DNA of 64,000 nt, taken from positions 14,944,001 through 15,008,000 of the forward strand of contig NC_058383.1 of assembly GCF_018350175.1 (NCBI RefSeq), in the 5' to 3' direction. The notes below the pieces were generated by a model. It searched no databases and was not told the DNA's origin. It saw only the letters and a list, made by a program, of their open reading frames with translations. Each line of letters starts with the position of its first letter. Position 1 is the stretch's first letter. Below are positions 49,130-62,309 of this stretch, in pieces. Position numbers and translations under genes: made by a program. This stretch comes from Felis catus. Its lineage: Eukaryota.

Positions 49130-49345
49130 GTGGCTCGGTCTGTTGAGCATCCGACTTCGGCCCAGGTCAGGATCTCAGGGTTCCTGAGTTTGAGCCCCGC
49201 GTCGGGCTCTGTGCTGAGTGGCCAGAGCTCAGAGCCTGGAGCCTGCTTCAGATTCTGTGTCTCTGGCTCTCTCTGGCCCTCTCCCACTTTCACTCTGTCT
49301 CGGTCTCTCCCTCTCTCAAAAATAAACATTAAAAAAAATGTTTTA
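49130..49345 (+). mobile_element. Feline SINE, 5'-clipped
   Basis: Begins gtggctcggtc; CT region; tail. Confidence 0.92.
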
Positions 49346-49464
49346 GGAAAAAATGAAAATGAGCCTATCAAAAAAACAAAAATAAAACTGAATGAATAAA
49401 AGGGAGCCTATCATCTGAATAAGATGAGCCCGAGAGGCTGAGCCACTGGAGGTTAAATCTGAGG

Positions 49465-49690
49465 TCCTGGGCGTCAGACAGCCCGGTCTTTGACCTGGCT
49501 TCTCCTCGCCCAGCTGTGTGACCTTGAGGCAGTGACTTAACCTCTCTGTGCCTCAGTGTCCCCACGTGGAAATGAGAACCAAAACAGCAAGGACCTGGCT
49601 GAGCAGTGGTGGAGACAGAATAAGAGGGGAGCAGGGTGCACGCAGTGGGTCTCGGGAGCCTGCACCCTTAGGCACTCAACATGTCAAATG
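49465..49690 (+). mobile_element. MIR
   Basis: agctgtgtgaccttgaggcagtgacttaacctctctgtgcctcagt. Confidence 0.82.
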
Positions 49691-50429
49691 AGGCGTCCCT
49701 TTCCTTCCCCTTTGACCTCAAGGGCCTGGCTTCCCTTTAGTCTGGGTTGTCGGGTGGACTCTCCTCTCCGGCCGCCCGTGAGGTTCTCAGCCGCAGCACC
49801 CGCAGACATGGGGGCTGAGCTAAACTCCGCAGAGAGTTGGCTGTACCTCTTTCAAGCACAACCCTTCCGACTGCCTGCCCACTGCAGCCCCACCCGGACC
49901 TCACCAACCTTTCGACCCTGCTTCCCGAGGGGCCCACCTCCACACCCGCCACCCTGAACAGGCCAAAGAGCCTCGAAGGCCCAGCACGCACCACACTTCC
50001 ACCCCCCCGGGGGCCACCCTCCTGTCGCAGATCCCACGGCCTTTCCCGTCCGTCAAGGCCCCACGTAAGTGCCTCCCTCTTCTGGAAGCTTTCTCTGACG
50101 AATCACGCCATCCCCACCCCAGGACATTATTGCTCCTTCCTCTGAACTCCTATAGCTTATCTTCTGTAGTGCTTGAGGGCATTTGATGGATTAAATTCAT
50201 ACGGCTTCATTGGTGGTGGGGATGGGGGGATTTTCTGCCTATTGGCTATCAGTGTCAATATCCTGGTTGTGATACTGTATTATAGGTTTGCAAGATGGGG
50301 GAAACTGGGTAAAGGGCAGAGAGGACCTTTCTGTTTCATTTATTACAATCGCCTGTGCGTCTATCTCGCTAAGAAGAAGAAAATTACTACGAGTTAAAAA
50401 TCTAGTTAGGACCCCCCTTTGCCACATGC

Positions 50430-50970
50430 TACTTAAGATATCTTACCTATTTAAGCCTCGTTCCTTCCCTGACCTCCAGACGTGAGTATCCAGCGGCCTA
50501 GCCAAAATTTCCACGTGGATAACTAAAATAAACATCTCGGAATTACATTCAGTGCTGACCTCCTAGGATTTTCTCCCTCTAAAAGAATCTCCATTCTTCC
50601 GGTTGATCAGGCCACAGATCCTGAGGTCATCCCTGACCCCTCTCTTTTATACTCCATACTCACCCATCAGCACACCTTGGTAAATCCACCTTCAAAATAA
50701 TCCAGAATCCAACCGCTTCTCCCCACCTCCGTGGCGACCCCCCCGGACCCTGGCCACCATCATCTCTCATCTAGGTGAATGCAGTAACCTCCACCCCCCC
50801 TCTAACACTTCCTATCGTCTCCTGCTGCCTTTATGTTCAATAATCCATCATCACATAATAGACAACATCTCCAGCCAGAAGCCCCATGAGGGGTTCACTG
50901 CAGCAGCCAGAAGCCTAGCACAGTGCCTGAAACATCACAGGCACTCGATAAATATTTGTTGAATGAATGA
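50430..50970 (+). mobile_element. L2 3' end
   Basis: tccagaatccaaccgcttctc, cctagcacagtgcctg, ctcgataaatatttgttgaatgaatga. Confidence 0.85.
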
Positions 50971-52197
50971 CGTTATGCCTTTGGTATTAAAAGAGAACCC
51001 TGAGGTCAACATTACTGTCTCATTTTTACAAGTAGGAACACTGAAGCTCAGACAAGGTCACGGGCTCTAGAAAGCACGAAGGCCAGAGGTGTCCTATTCT
51101 GAGAGCCACGTCCCATCTACCTGCTCCGCCTGCCCTTAGTCTCTTGGGTGGACCCTTAAGGGCAGGATTCATGTCTGATGGATCATTTGGACTTCCGGCA
51201 CCTGGACGCAGCGCTTGGACATTTGCAGAAATGCCACGAACAGCGGGAGAATGATGCAACTTTTTCGTCTATGTACCAACACGGAACCAACAGCCTTGGT
51301 TATTATTTCTCACTTACGTACTGGCTCTACATACCGGAACCTTCATTCTCACAACTTTCTTCTGTGGGGCAAGGTTGAGGGTGAAAATAATGACCCCCGT
51401 GTAACTGGGAGACAAGCCGAGGGTCCACCTCTTTGAGGCTCTGCCCACTGAGCCATACTGCCTGCCAGCAGCTGGCGCGACCAGACCGGTCCTCCCAGTG
51501 CCCGGGACACTTCTGTGCCACTGGTCTTTCCTCCCAGCGCACCGTGTCCTGCAGAATCTCGCTAGGAGGCTTTTATTACTGGGTTTCCCCAGCCTGGCCT
51601 TTCTTTATTCTTTCTTTCTTTCTTTCTTTCTTTTTTTTTTTTTTTTTTTTGAGGAAGGGACAGTGTCTGCTGCTGAGCCCACAGCAATGACATGTGCCCC
51701 CCAAGTAAACCTTAGCACCAACCTGGACGTCTTATCTCACTTAAATAAATATTCTTCAAAGAGAGAGATTTAACAACTTATGAGGACGTTATTAGTGTCG
51801 CATTAGAAGGCAAGCTTTATTGCCCCCATATATCAAAAAAGACACCCCATCTTAAAGAATTCTGGTCTTAATCATTGGCGAACCTGGCCCTGGCCACGCC
51901 TGTAAGAGAAAATACACCGAGGCCCTCTGAACCTGGATAGCACCCTCATTACTAGTGTCCCCACCCACGGAACTTCTCTCCTGTGGCGTCTCCAGCATGT
52001 TCGTAAGTGTTCACCCCCCTCCCCTGATATCCTGGCACGTCCGATCCGATAATGTCAGCAAAATGTTGTCGAATAAAAAGTTCACACAACCACGATGGCA
52101 TGTCCTGTGGTCTGAGGGATTCCTGAGGTTCCAGAGAGAAGGTTCGGGAGCAAGCCAGAACCAGGGACCCCAGAACCAGAGACAGGCTCTCAGCACC

Positions 52198-52299
52198 GCT
52201 GCCCCCTTCTCTCTCTCTCTCTCTCTCTGTCCTTCCCACACTCATATGCACACAGTCTCTCCCTCTCTCTCAAAACAAATAAACTTTAAAAAAAAAAAG
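52198..52299 (+). mobile_element. Can-SINE 3' half
   Basis: (CT)n plus caaaacaaataaactttaaaaa, no head. Confidence 0.75.
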
Positions 52300-52515
52300 A
52301 AACATACAATCATACACACCTACACAAATACAACTACACATACAAACGCGTACACAGTCATAAACACACATACAACTACACATACAAACGCGTACACAGT
52401 CATAAACACACATACACACGCTCACACAAGCACACAAACATATAAACACAATCGCATCAACATACACAGACGCGACGACACAAACATACAAACATAGAAA
52501 CACGCGCGTGCACGC
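52300..52515. repeat. CA-rich tract containing a perfect 42-bp tandem duplication
   Basis: 52329-52370 is identical to 52371-52412. Confidence 0.92.
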
Positions 52516-53374
52516 ACCACCCTGATAAGGGATAAAATGATGGCCAGACGCCAGATTCACAGAGAAGACCCCGTTTTATCCCTTCCCTCTTAAATATCCT
52601 TCTCCCTTTCTAGTTTGGTTCCATCAACTCCTTTTCGACTGGCCGGGCAGGTGTATTTGGCAGGGAAAACTACAATCTATTTCTAGGACACCCTGAAAAA
52701 AAAAAAATTTTGCGTGGCCAAGGGCCAGAATGAACTTCTTGGAAAATCTAAGACAGTCAAGGAGTTTAGACAAGTTTGTGACTCAAACTAATAGAAAGAG
52801 AGGGGCACTGTCCCTCAATAAAGCAAATCAACTTAGCACAAATAGGTGACCTATTTTTCAACTCGGAGTCCTCCCAGCTGATAGAGGATTTTGGCTTTTA
52901 AGAATACGAAGGAGAGCTAGGGGCCTAAACATGGCGTGTAAGCACAGCCAGAGGCCATAAAGAAGCTTGGCGGGAGAAGTGGTACCCCCAGTACCCTGGC
53001 CACCAGCGACACCTGTGATCAAAGGCCTAACTGCCTGCTGGGTCTTGAGGTTCCATCTCTGGCCCTCTTTCCTTGATCCACAACTTGAATATCATAAAGA
53101 TTCCAAAATCTCTCTCTCCCGGCTAAATACTGAGCCCCAGAATTCATCATTCAAGGGCCCACTGGCCATCGGGACGGCCGCTGGGATGATTGGCGGTTCT
53201 CATGATCTTCTTCCTATCCTGTTCAAACTCCTTTCTCCCCGGCCTCAGTGACCAGCAGCACCTGCGCCTCACTAGTTAGGTAGCTGAACATCTAACTCTT
53301 TGTCCTTCTCGCCCGCCCTACCCCCACACATCAAGACCTGGTGTGGTGGAGACTGTATAACATGGCAGTTAAGG

Positions 53375-53560
53375 AAGGGTATGGGCTTCAGGGTCAGAGA
53401 ACACAGAGTACGGATCTCAGTCCACCAACCGTGAGTTGTGCGACCTTGGGCAAACAACGTAATCGCTGTCACATAATTCCCCTCATCTGTATAACAGGGA
53501 CAAGAATCCCTCCCGGAGCTCCTATGAGCACTACACTGGATCACAGAAACACGGTCAAGT
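53375..53560 (+). mobile_element. MIR
   Basis: gttgtgcgaccttgggcaa..cctcatctgtataacaggga. Confidence 0.7.
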
Positions 53561-56419
53561 GTCTGCACCGGTAAATGCCCAAGCCCACGTCTCTCCAACC
53601 CACTGCCACTTGCTGAGGTTAGGTCCCCACTGTTTCTCCCCTAACTGTGAGAATGGGCTCCTGTGGGTACCCCAGCCTCTAGAGCCACACGCCCCAAGTC
53701 CGTTCTCCACACCACAGCCAATGCCACCTTTGCAAAGACAAATAGGACCTCACTAGCACACAATGATAACACCATGCCCAGTCTTCCCACAGCAAGCCAA
53801 ACAAAATAAGATCCTAATGGCCCAGTTCACCAGATGGGGATTAGCAACTACTCTTACCCTTTTGCTGAAGCCCCTTAAGAATACGACCAAAGTTGTCGAT
53901 CTTCTCCCCAGAAAGAAAGCTCTACGCGTGAACACACAAAATATTCCGAAGCTCCAGGAGATACACAGACCCCAAGCTCAAAGCCCCTGACTTAGAACAT
54001 TCTTTGGCCTGACCATCGTTGCTCTTCATAAATCTGTCCCCTAAGCTAACTGCAGTCACTAAGGAGTCAAATTTTGAAATAACACATTTCTTAATTTGCA
54101 CATACAGGGTCTCCAAAATCTGGCAAGAGAACTCAGCAGTCAGCTCACGGCACTTTTCCCAGAAACGAATGGCACCTGTGAAGAGTTCTTACCGAGAGGA
54201 GCACAAAATCACGATCAATCATGCACTTGAAACCCTCAGAAGTTTTTTGCAGCCTCAATAGGTGCTGGCTAAGAAACTGCACACCAGTGTCTGAGGACAG
54301 GTCCCACAGAGGTTCAGGAAATAATGAGTTCTCAGGTCTGTCCCCATGACGCCCCTCCCTCACCTCCCCCCACCTGAGTGCCAGATGGCAGAGAGACTGA
54401 GCTCTCTAAAGTCACCTACAAATTGCTCGCGGGCACCAGACCAAGAACTTTAGGACCCGTCCTCCCTGCAACGCTTCTATGCAGACACGCTAAATGGCCA
54501 CCCAGAGGGTTGCAGTGAGTTACGTATCCTGAGGCTCATCTCACTGGGTACCAGCAGGGTAATAACCCACAAAGTATAGTCGGCTGGCACGAGCCTAGGA
54601 AACCATTCCCACACCTGAGCATGAAAACCGTGGCGAACTCTCTAGACCAGCACTACTTTAGGTCCTGGGGCCATTTGTTTTAGCAGCGTTACAGAAAACA
54701 AATTACTCTGTAGTCACCATCACCATAAAACTTTAGTGTTCCAAACAAACCGTTAATCCTGAAGTTGGAAGAAACATTAAAACAAAAACGGCCTTGAATT
54801 TTAACCAGATAAGGTGACCGGAACCCTGAAGGCGTAAGAAGGAGATGGCAGAGGGAACACAGCGGGAACCAGGGATGCTAATGTTCACAGGAGCCACGCC
54901 CGGAAAAACTGATGACTGGGCTCTTCCATTTCCGGAAACCATCGCTAGTCCTATACAATTTCCCACTTCAGAGAGGAAGGAATAAAAATCTGCTTTCCAG
55001 TATGTTGAACTCAAAGAGCTGACAACATCCTCTCCCAAAGGGGAGTGCGTTCTGGTCACTGAGCCATGATTTCAGGCTCCCCGTCTCCTATCACCACCTC
55101 TGCTCCAACCCATGGAAATAAGCATTGGGGGACACATCAGTTTCTTTTAAAAGGAAATTTATGTCATGTTCACTCCTGATCCTTGGAAGCATCACAGTGA
55201 GGACTTGAAAGGCTTGAACTTTCAGCCCTCCACAGATGTTTCTCACATCAAAGCCCAGATCTTATGGGATCCTGGTTCTCTCTCTCAGGATAACACGAGC
55301 TTGAAAAGCTAGCATCATTCGGCATCTTTTCCTCTCCATCCTTTGACAATTTAGACTCTTGCCTCTACACCAATGAGGGCAGGGTCTCTGAAAGATAAAG
55401 AGCTGAGGGTGGGGCAGGAGGAGTAGGAAAGGTGTCCCTATGGGGCTTACAGCCAAGACATAGAGAATCAAAATGGGATGTCCAGAGATGTCCACGTTGA
55501 TAGGCCTTTCCAATTAGGGACATTCACATCCTGAAGTGAGCCTGTCCCGCCAGGATAATTGTGCAGGATTCTGGCTAGTGGTCTGTTTTTTCCTCTCAAG
55601 AGCCACCTTGCCCCTAACCTGGAAGTGACCATCCTTTGGGTGTGTCTTGTCATTGTCATTACCACTACCACCACCGCCATGGTCAACATCGTCAACACAA
55701 CGACAGCAACAATTACTACTACCGTTACTATGTATTGGGCACGTGTGAAATACACAACAGTAATTCACTCTGCATGTGTTAGTCTACGTCATCCCTGGAA
55801 AGTACATACTGTCATCTACACCGTGCCGGTGAAAAAGCCAAAACTCATGGAGCATTGCAGTAAGTCACAGGTCCCTACGTGTCATGCATCGTCAACCACG
55901 CTTCACCGCCATACAGATCATCCCAAATCCACTCTTGTTAGAGAGCGAACAATCAGGAACAATTAGCTCGCTTTGGGACAAACTTCTCGTAGCACAAGAC
56001 CTGGCGTCCGTTCATTCAACGAGCGTTTCTGAGCGATCGCTGTGCGCCTAGACTTTGACCGTGTTTGCACATAGGGATAAACATAGTGTATATGCGCACT
56101 GCCCTCAACATGCAGGCAAACCCACCCAAAGTCAATGACCTCCTAGAGGGCTCTAGGGTCCCTGCCATCCCGCCTGCCCTGTTGGCTCTACCCCCTTTTG
56201 CCCTGCTGAGCCTCTTCTCTTAGAATTTCAACAGATGAGTTTGAAATACAGTCAATACATATATGAGAAAAGGGGCAAACCTGCGATGTTTTGAAATTAC
56301 AGACTCATCAAACCTAATCCTTACCAACAGTGCTTCCTCCTCAAAAACGGTAAGCAGGAGACTCTTGAAAGTAGTTTTGCATGTAAAGCGCTAATTTAAA
56401 ACTTGGAAATGGGTTTAGA

Positions 56420-56830
56420 GACTGGATTACTCGTCTGTGGTCGTATGGCTGCTGATTCTGGGAGTTTAGGTTCCGATCTGAGTGCCAGAGGAACAAGGTG
56501 GAAGTGGATTTCTCTCTGTTTCACCACCGTCAGGCACCCAGGCTCCTTCCGGCTCTGCATTCCGGCCTCCACGGAACTCTTTGTCTTGGTCTCCGTGGTG
56601 AAACTCTTTGTCTTCATGGCGTCAGATGAGGACTTTCCCATCCCAATAATAAGAAGGAAGAAAGGATAAAGAAGAGGCAACATGCACCAAAAGTTGCCCA
56701 ATGTCACTTCTGCTTACATCTTATTGGCTGGAATTTACTAATATGGCCACATCTAGCTCTCAAGGAAGACTGAGAAATGTAGTCTTTATGCCAGCATCCA
56801 CAGGTCCAGCTAAAATTTCTGCTATTAGGG
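56420..56830 (-). mobile_element. MLT1J/K-like old LTR
   Basis: tcaggcacccaggctccttc, tcacttctgcttacatcttattggc..atggccacatctagct..gagaaatgtagtcttt. Confidence 0.7.
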
Positions 56831-57076
56831 GAAAAAGTGATATTAGAGAAGAGCTGCTAAGTGGTACAACTGGGATAAGAACCCAGCGCTGAGGGACTCC
56901 CGAGACCCTACTCCGTCAAGAACAGGTAGGCTTTAATTCCTATTTTTATAACCATGACCACCGGTCCTCTCTTCTTCATTGCATAAAGAAACTGCCGTGA
57001 TTTTAGAATTGTCTATATACATTTCATTAGCTTTTGATTTAATAGCTAGAAACCATCTCCAAACTATATGGTCTCT

Positions 57077-57800
57077 GGTGGTTTAAAAAATACACCTGGT
57101 AACTCTTTCCTTCAAAAGATGGAGCCTAATTCCACTTATCCTAAGTGTGGACTGTATTTAGTGACTCACTTCTAACACTTCTAATGAATATATATGGCAG
57201 AAGTGACGAAATAGGACATCTGAGACAAGGTCATAAAATGATCATTCATGCTAGCAAGAGGCAAAGCCCATGCTTTGAAGTCACTCAAGCAGTCCTATGG
57301 AGAAGCCTTCACGGAAGGGAGAGAGGGAGGTGTCCAGCCAAGAGCCTTGTGAATGAGCTTAGAATTGGATTCACCAGCCCCAATCAAGCCTTCAGATGAC
57401 TGCAGTCCCAGGAAACGTCTTGACTGCAACCTTTTTTTAAAAAATGTTTATTTATTTATTTATTTTTGAGAGAGAGAGAGAGACCGACCACGAGCAGGGG
57501 AGAGGCAGAGAGAGAGGGGGAAAGAGAGAATCCCAAGCAGGCTCCATACCCAGCATGCAGCCCAACGTGGGGCTCGATCCCACCACCGAGAGATCATGAC
57601 CTGAGCTGAAATCATGAATCAGATACTTAACCAAATGAGCCACCCAGGCGCCCCTTGACTCCAACATTTTGAAAGGTGCTAGGCAGACCAGCCGTCCATG
57701 CCACGCCTGAATTTTCTGATCCTGAAAAGAGACTTGGGTTTTGGAGGGCTTTTTAAAAATGTTTTTGGAGTATTTGCCACACAGCAATATAATAATTCAG
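57077..57800 (+). mobile_element. MLT1F-like LTR, interrupted by a SINE
   Basis: ttagtgactcacttctaac, tcaagccttcagatgactgcag, ttgactgcaacc. Confidence 0.78.
57432..57654 (-). mobile_element. Can-SINE
   Basis: TSD ttgact(g/c)caac(c/a)tttt. Confidence 0.94.
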
Positions 57801-57921
57801 GTCTCAATGTAAATTTAGTGTTCTTCTGGCTTGAGAGTTAGAGAAAGTAGAAATGACCATCTTGGTAGCAAAAAACAATTGTATTTTAAATGGCTATGTC
57901 CCAGCTCAGCACCTGCTTTTA

Positions 57922-57970
57922 TTTTTATTTTTTTTATATGAAATTTATTGTCAAATTGGTTTCCATACAA
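57922..57970 (-). mobile_element. 49-bp feline L1 3'-terminal insertion
   Basis: Reverse complement ttgtatggaaaccaatttgacaataaatttcatataaaaa; perfect 15-bp TSD cagcacctgctttta. Confidence 0.9.
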
Positions 57971-58804
57971 CAGCACCTGCTTTTAAATGATTTGGAGATG
58001 TGTTTAGATGAGATGCTCTCGATGCCACTGTGAAGAGGAAAGACCAGTGCGCCATCCCTGCTAGAACATATTGCTAATATCACATCCCTGAGTAGTCCCA
58101 GGAAGCAGCTGAACCTGCTGTTAGCCAATTACCACCAGGAAAAACAGCTCAGTATCAATGAAGCCAACATCAGAATGATGAGTTTTGGCAAACTCCCTTC
58201 GGCATCCAGATGGATAATGCTGAACAATTCTACTCAACAGGTTACCTTACTTAGTTATGTGGAGAAGCACCGCGGGGTTTAATTACCTCAGGAGATCTGT
58301 TAGGATGCATTTCTGTTGAAAGTGGAAGATTCCACAGAAACAGTATCAAGGTTATTTTATGAGAGAGATGAATGGTTGCTAGATCCTGTTCCTCAAATAT
58401 CCCAAGTCAAGGTCATGGTTTATGATGCCGGCTCTTGAACTTTCATACCAAGATATCGCTTCTGCCTACTATCTCCAGAGGAGGAACCAGAGAAACATGT
58501 TCTATTGCCAAGGGGGGGGGGGGGGAGGCGGGTCTCAGAATCAGCCAGTGGGAAGACTTTTTAAACTACAACCTTCCCTCGTCTCTCTGCATTTGGAGAG
58601 TCTACAATCCTTCATCCTTCATTGAGAATCACCACCATCATAAGCCACTATTACTAGTGGAAATGCATAAAAAAAAAAATAAATCCTCAGAAATGTGAGG
58701 GTGAGAAAAAGTTGGTAGCCACCAACATCTCTGAAATAATACAAAATACTTGCATATTGGGTATTTTTATTATGGGCCAAAGGGTTCCTATTTAAAATAC
58801 AGAT

Positions 58805-58939
58805 GAGGACACCCGGGTGGCTCAGTCAGTTAAATGTCTTGATTTCAGCTCAGGTCATGATCTCACACCATCCATGGGATCGAGCCCTGTGGGATTCTCT
58901 CTTTCTTTCTGCCCTTCCCCTGCTTGCATGCTTTCTCTC

Positions 58940-58990
<51 letters not shown>

Positions 58991-59016
58991 ATAAATAAAC
59001 ATTTAAAAAATAAAAT
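58805..59016 (+). mobile_element. Can-SINE with internal deletion and long (CT)n
   Basis: Head, CT region, tail. Confidence 0.9.
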
Positions 59017-60194
59017 AGAGAGAAGATTCTTCTTCCAATGGGGCACTTTAACGCCATTCTTGGAATAAGGTAACAGGTGTAGCCTCTCTGCCCCAACCAG
59101 TTGGAAGCTTAGAGCTAAATTCCACACTCATTCATAGTAACTGCATTAGTTTAAGGGGCTGTCATATTTTTTTTCTTCCTCTTTGTATGTGGAGTTTTAT
59201 TTCCCACTTCTGTTCTGACAGCCTTTGCAGTTTGCCTCTTCATTTATCATATGATGTCTAGATCCCATTTGGAAGCAAGGCAGCATAGAAATTTACAAAT
59301 GAATGCGAGGGAAGTGGCAGGATCAGGACTCAGGTTTCTTTCTTGGATGCAGCTACCAAAATGCATTTTCAGAACAAGGGGCAGGAACCTCTAAGAAGAC
59401 TGAAGCAACTGTCCCTTTAAGGAGTGGGCCCTGGGAAGCAGCTACCATCAGAGAAATCCCTCCTTGGCTCTGCTCCTAACAGAGCTTCGGGGACTCGCCA
59501 CGAGAGACTTCCCTCTCAAGGCTCAAAGGCAGGTCGCGTTGGTAGATAAAAGACCCAGGTGGTGAGGCTAATTCCCAGCTCTGGAGGCCGAGCTGCGTTT
59601 CTGGCACTCCCACTCTTGTTGGATGATGTGCTTCTTTGTGTAGGTTTTATCGCCTCCTCTGGAAGAGAGAACGCGGAGCCATCAGCCTTCTCCGATAAGA
59701 GTTGCGAGTTTCTCTTCTTGTGACAGTCATGTCTCTGCCTCCTTAAAACCCCTCTTGAAAAGCCTGTCGAAGGAAGTGTCTCCAAAAAGGCAAGTAGGGT
59801 GTGCCTCTTGGATTTTTAAATCAACCAGCGAAAGGAGAGGAGGGAAAAAAAAAAAAAAAAGGAAGGGAGGGAGGGATGGGAGTCTTCTTTACAAGAAAAT
59901 ATATGATGGACCAGATGGGTGGGGGTGGGGAGGGGTCCTTCAGAGCTCCCGGCCCCCTTCTGGCATGAAATCACGCCCATCACCAGGCTTCTCCGGGCTG
60001 CAGTGCACCTCTCGGTGAGGAGCACACTGGGCTCACACAGAGCTTTAAAAATATCTCTCCACCCACTGCACGCTTGATTAATCAGGCAGGTTCTCACCCA
60101 TGTGTCACAGCGGTGGCAGTGATATATACGATAGTGACATGTAGGTGCAGGGAAGGCACAAAAGGGTCTCATCTAGCAGGAAAGAGGAGGCCTA

Positions 60195-60440
60195 GCATAA
60201 AAGTTAACCAGCATGGGCTCTGAAGCCAGGTGACAATCTGCACACACTAGTTAGCAACCTTGGACAAGGTTATTCCGAGTCTCAATCTTCCACACTTGTC
60301 AAAATGGAGTTAATAATAATACCCGCATCAGAGGATTACTGGAAGGATGAAAGGTGTTAATTCATATAAAGCATTCTGAACGGTTCCTAGCACGGAATAA
60401 GCACTCAATAAACTTCTGCTCGGGTGATTATGATGATGGT
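60195..60440 (+). mobile_element. MIR
   Basis: gggctctgaagccag, accttggacaaggttat, aaaatggagttaataataatacc, taagcactcaataaa. Confidence 0.85.
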
Positions 60441-60588
60441 GACCACCACCAATGTTGCAACTTGAAAGATGGGTTCCAGTAGACAGAAGCAGCTAGAACA
60501 AAGGCAGAGAAGCGGGAGAGATCTTGAGGTGGCAAGGAACCATCTGGAAGGAAAGCAGGGAGTCAAGCAGACAAAAAGGAAGGGTCTT

Positions 60589-60780
60589 GGGGGCACCTGG
60601 GTGGCTCAGGGGGTTGAACGTCCGACTCTTGATTTCAGCTCAGATCATGATCTCAAGGTGGTGGGCTCCATGCTAAGCACGGAGCCTGCTTAAGATTTCT
60701 CTCTCTCTCTCTCCCTCTGTCCCTCCCCAGCCCTCTCTCTTTCTCTCTCAAAAAATAAATTTAAATTTTTTTTTAATTTA
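60589..60780 (+). mobile_element. Can-SINE
   Basis: TSD aaaaaggaagggtc. Confidence 0.93.
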
Positions 60781-60879
60781 AAAAAAGGAAGGGTCCAGGC
60801 CCCTCGAGACGTCATATGCTTGTTTCACTGAAGTTCACACAGCTGTAGGCTGTGGAGAGCCATTTAAGAATTATAAACA

Positions 60880-61088
60880 GGGGCACCTGGGTGGCTCAGT
60901 CGGTTAAGCATCTGGCTTCGGCTCAGGTGGTGATCTCTCGGTTTGTGAGTTCAAGCCCCGAGTCGGGTTCTGTGCTGACAGCTCAGAGCCTGGAGCCTGC
61001 TTCAGATTCTGTGTCTCCCTCTCTCTCTGCCCCTCCCCTGCTCATGCTCTGTCTCTGTCTCTCAAAAATAAATAAACATTTAAAAAAA
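60880..61088 (+). mobile_element. Feline SINE
   Basis: TSD aagaattataaaca. Confidence 0.96.
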
Positions 61089-61179
61089 AGAATTATAAAC
61101 AAAAATGAAAAGTTTAAGGGCTATGTTGGTTGAAAATTGCCTTTAATGGGTCTGAGTAAAAAAAATTAAATTATTAACA

Positions 61180-62297
61180 ACAGACTTCTGCTACAATAAA
61201 GTAACTGGTATAAAAATAACCCTCCCACCGTGTACAACCACACAACTGAACAAAATATATAAAATACAGAAAGCAGCTGTTTCCAGGCAGTAGACCATGG
61301 ACAGCGCAAGACTACAAGTGTAGGGAGAAGGGAAACTGACCACACGAGCTCTCCACCTGGGGACCGCTTCCCAAGCCCAGTTCATACTTTGGGGTAGCTG
61401 AAGGCACAAGAACCTTATGGGATAAGGCAGCGGAGAGAAGAAAGCTGCAGAGAGAAAGCCCCAGAAGCCTGCAGGTGAGGTGGGTCTCCTATGAATACTT
61501 GGCCGAAGGCTGGACTACCCACATGTAAGTTGAGATTAAACCAGACTTACCAGGAAGCAGCTTCTCGGAAGTTGAGAAGAGAAAAGAAATACTAGAATTG
61601 AAGCAATCCCGGATGTCTGAAAAAAACCTCATTAATACCCCAGGCATCCAGCTGAGACACTAGAAGGACCACATCACAAGAATAAAAAACACACTCTAAA
61701 GGCCTTCTTTAGGTCCACATGATCAAAACCTAAAGCCAAGCCCTGATGAGACTCACAAGGAAGACAGTTTGGAGGCTGAGTCCCTCCAAGTTAGAGGGGC
61801 TTGGGAGACATGTTGGGATTCCCACAGCCCTACCCTGAAGAAGCATAAAACCAAACCTAAACAACTTGAAAGCAGTCAGGTAGTACCTGAACTACCTCCT
61901 GAGGCAAAAATCAGCCCTCTTCAGAGAAAGATAACAGAACACAGAGTCTCCATAGCATAGCATTACAATGTCCGGTGTACGAACATTAGTAGGCATGCAA
62001 AGAAACTAGAAAGTGTTACCATAATCTAAAAAAAATAAAAATTAAAAAAAAACAATAAAAACCAATCCCAAGATGGCCTAGAGCCCAGATGTTGGATCTA
62101 AGTACATAAAGACTTTAAAGAGCTACTATAAATATAGGAAAATTTGTCCAAATAATTCAAGAAAAATATTGTTTCACTGAGTAAGCAGATGAGTATTTCA
62201 GCAGAAAAAATGAAAACTCCAAAAAAGAACCTAGAATTAAATTTCTAGAATTTTAGAAATTAATTTTAGAAATTAAAATTCTAGAACTGAAAAAAAT
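61180..62297 (+). mobile_element. Ancient L1 5' UTR/ORF1 remnant
   Basis: gacttctgct..aaccctcccacc..caactgaacaaaata; aaagactttaaagagctactataaatat; aaattctagaactgaaaaa. Confidence 0.6.
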
Positions 62298-62307
62298 TGG
62301 GTGCATG

Positions 62308-62309
<2 letters not shown>

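Noticed and set aside
54193..54264. 72-nt minus-strand exon candidate (HLLRLQKTSEGFKCMIDRDFVLLS)
   Set aside because: Good donor but short pyrimidine tract and no recognisable protein match.
55559..55966. Thr-rich 135-aa ORF
   Set aside because: Degenerate trinucleotide-like low-complexity sequence adjoining a MIR remnant.
58170..58232. Box C (ATGATGA) ... box D (CTGA) snoRNA-like arrangement
   Set aside because: Only about 50 nt between the boxes, weak terminal stem, no recognisable guide.
59644..59789. Possible + strand exon with a GC donor (AG|GCAAGT)
   Set aside because: Peptide not recognised, non-canonical donor, and no supporting + strand exons.
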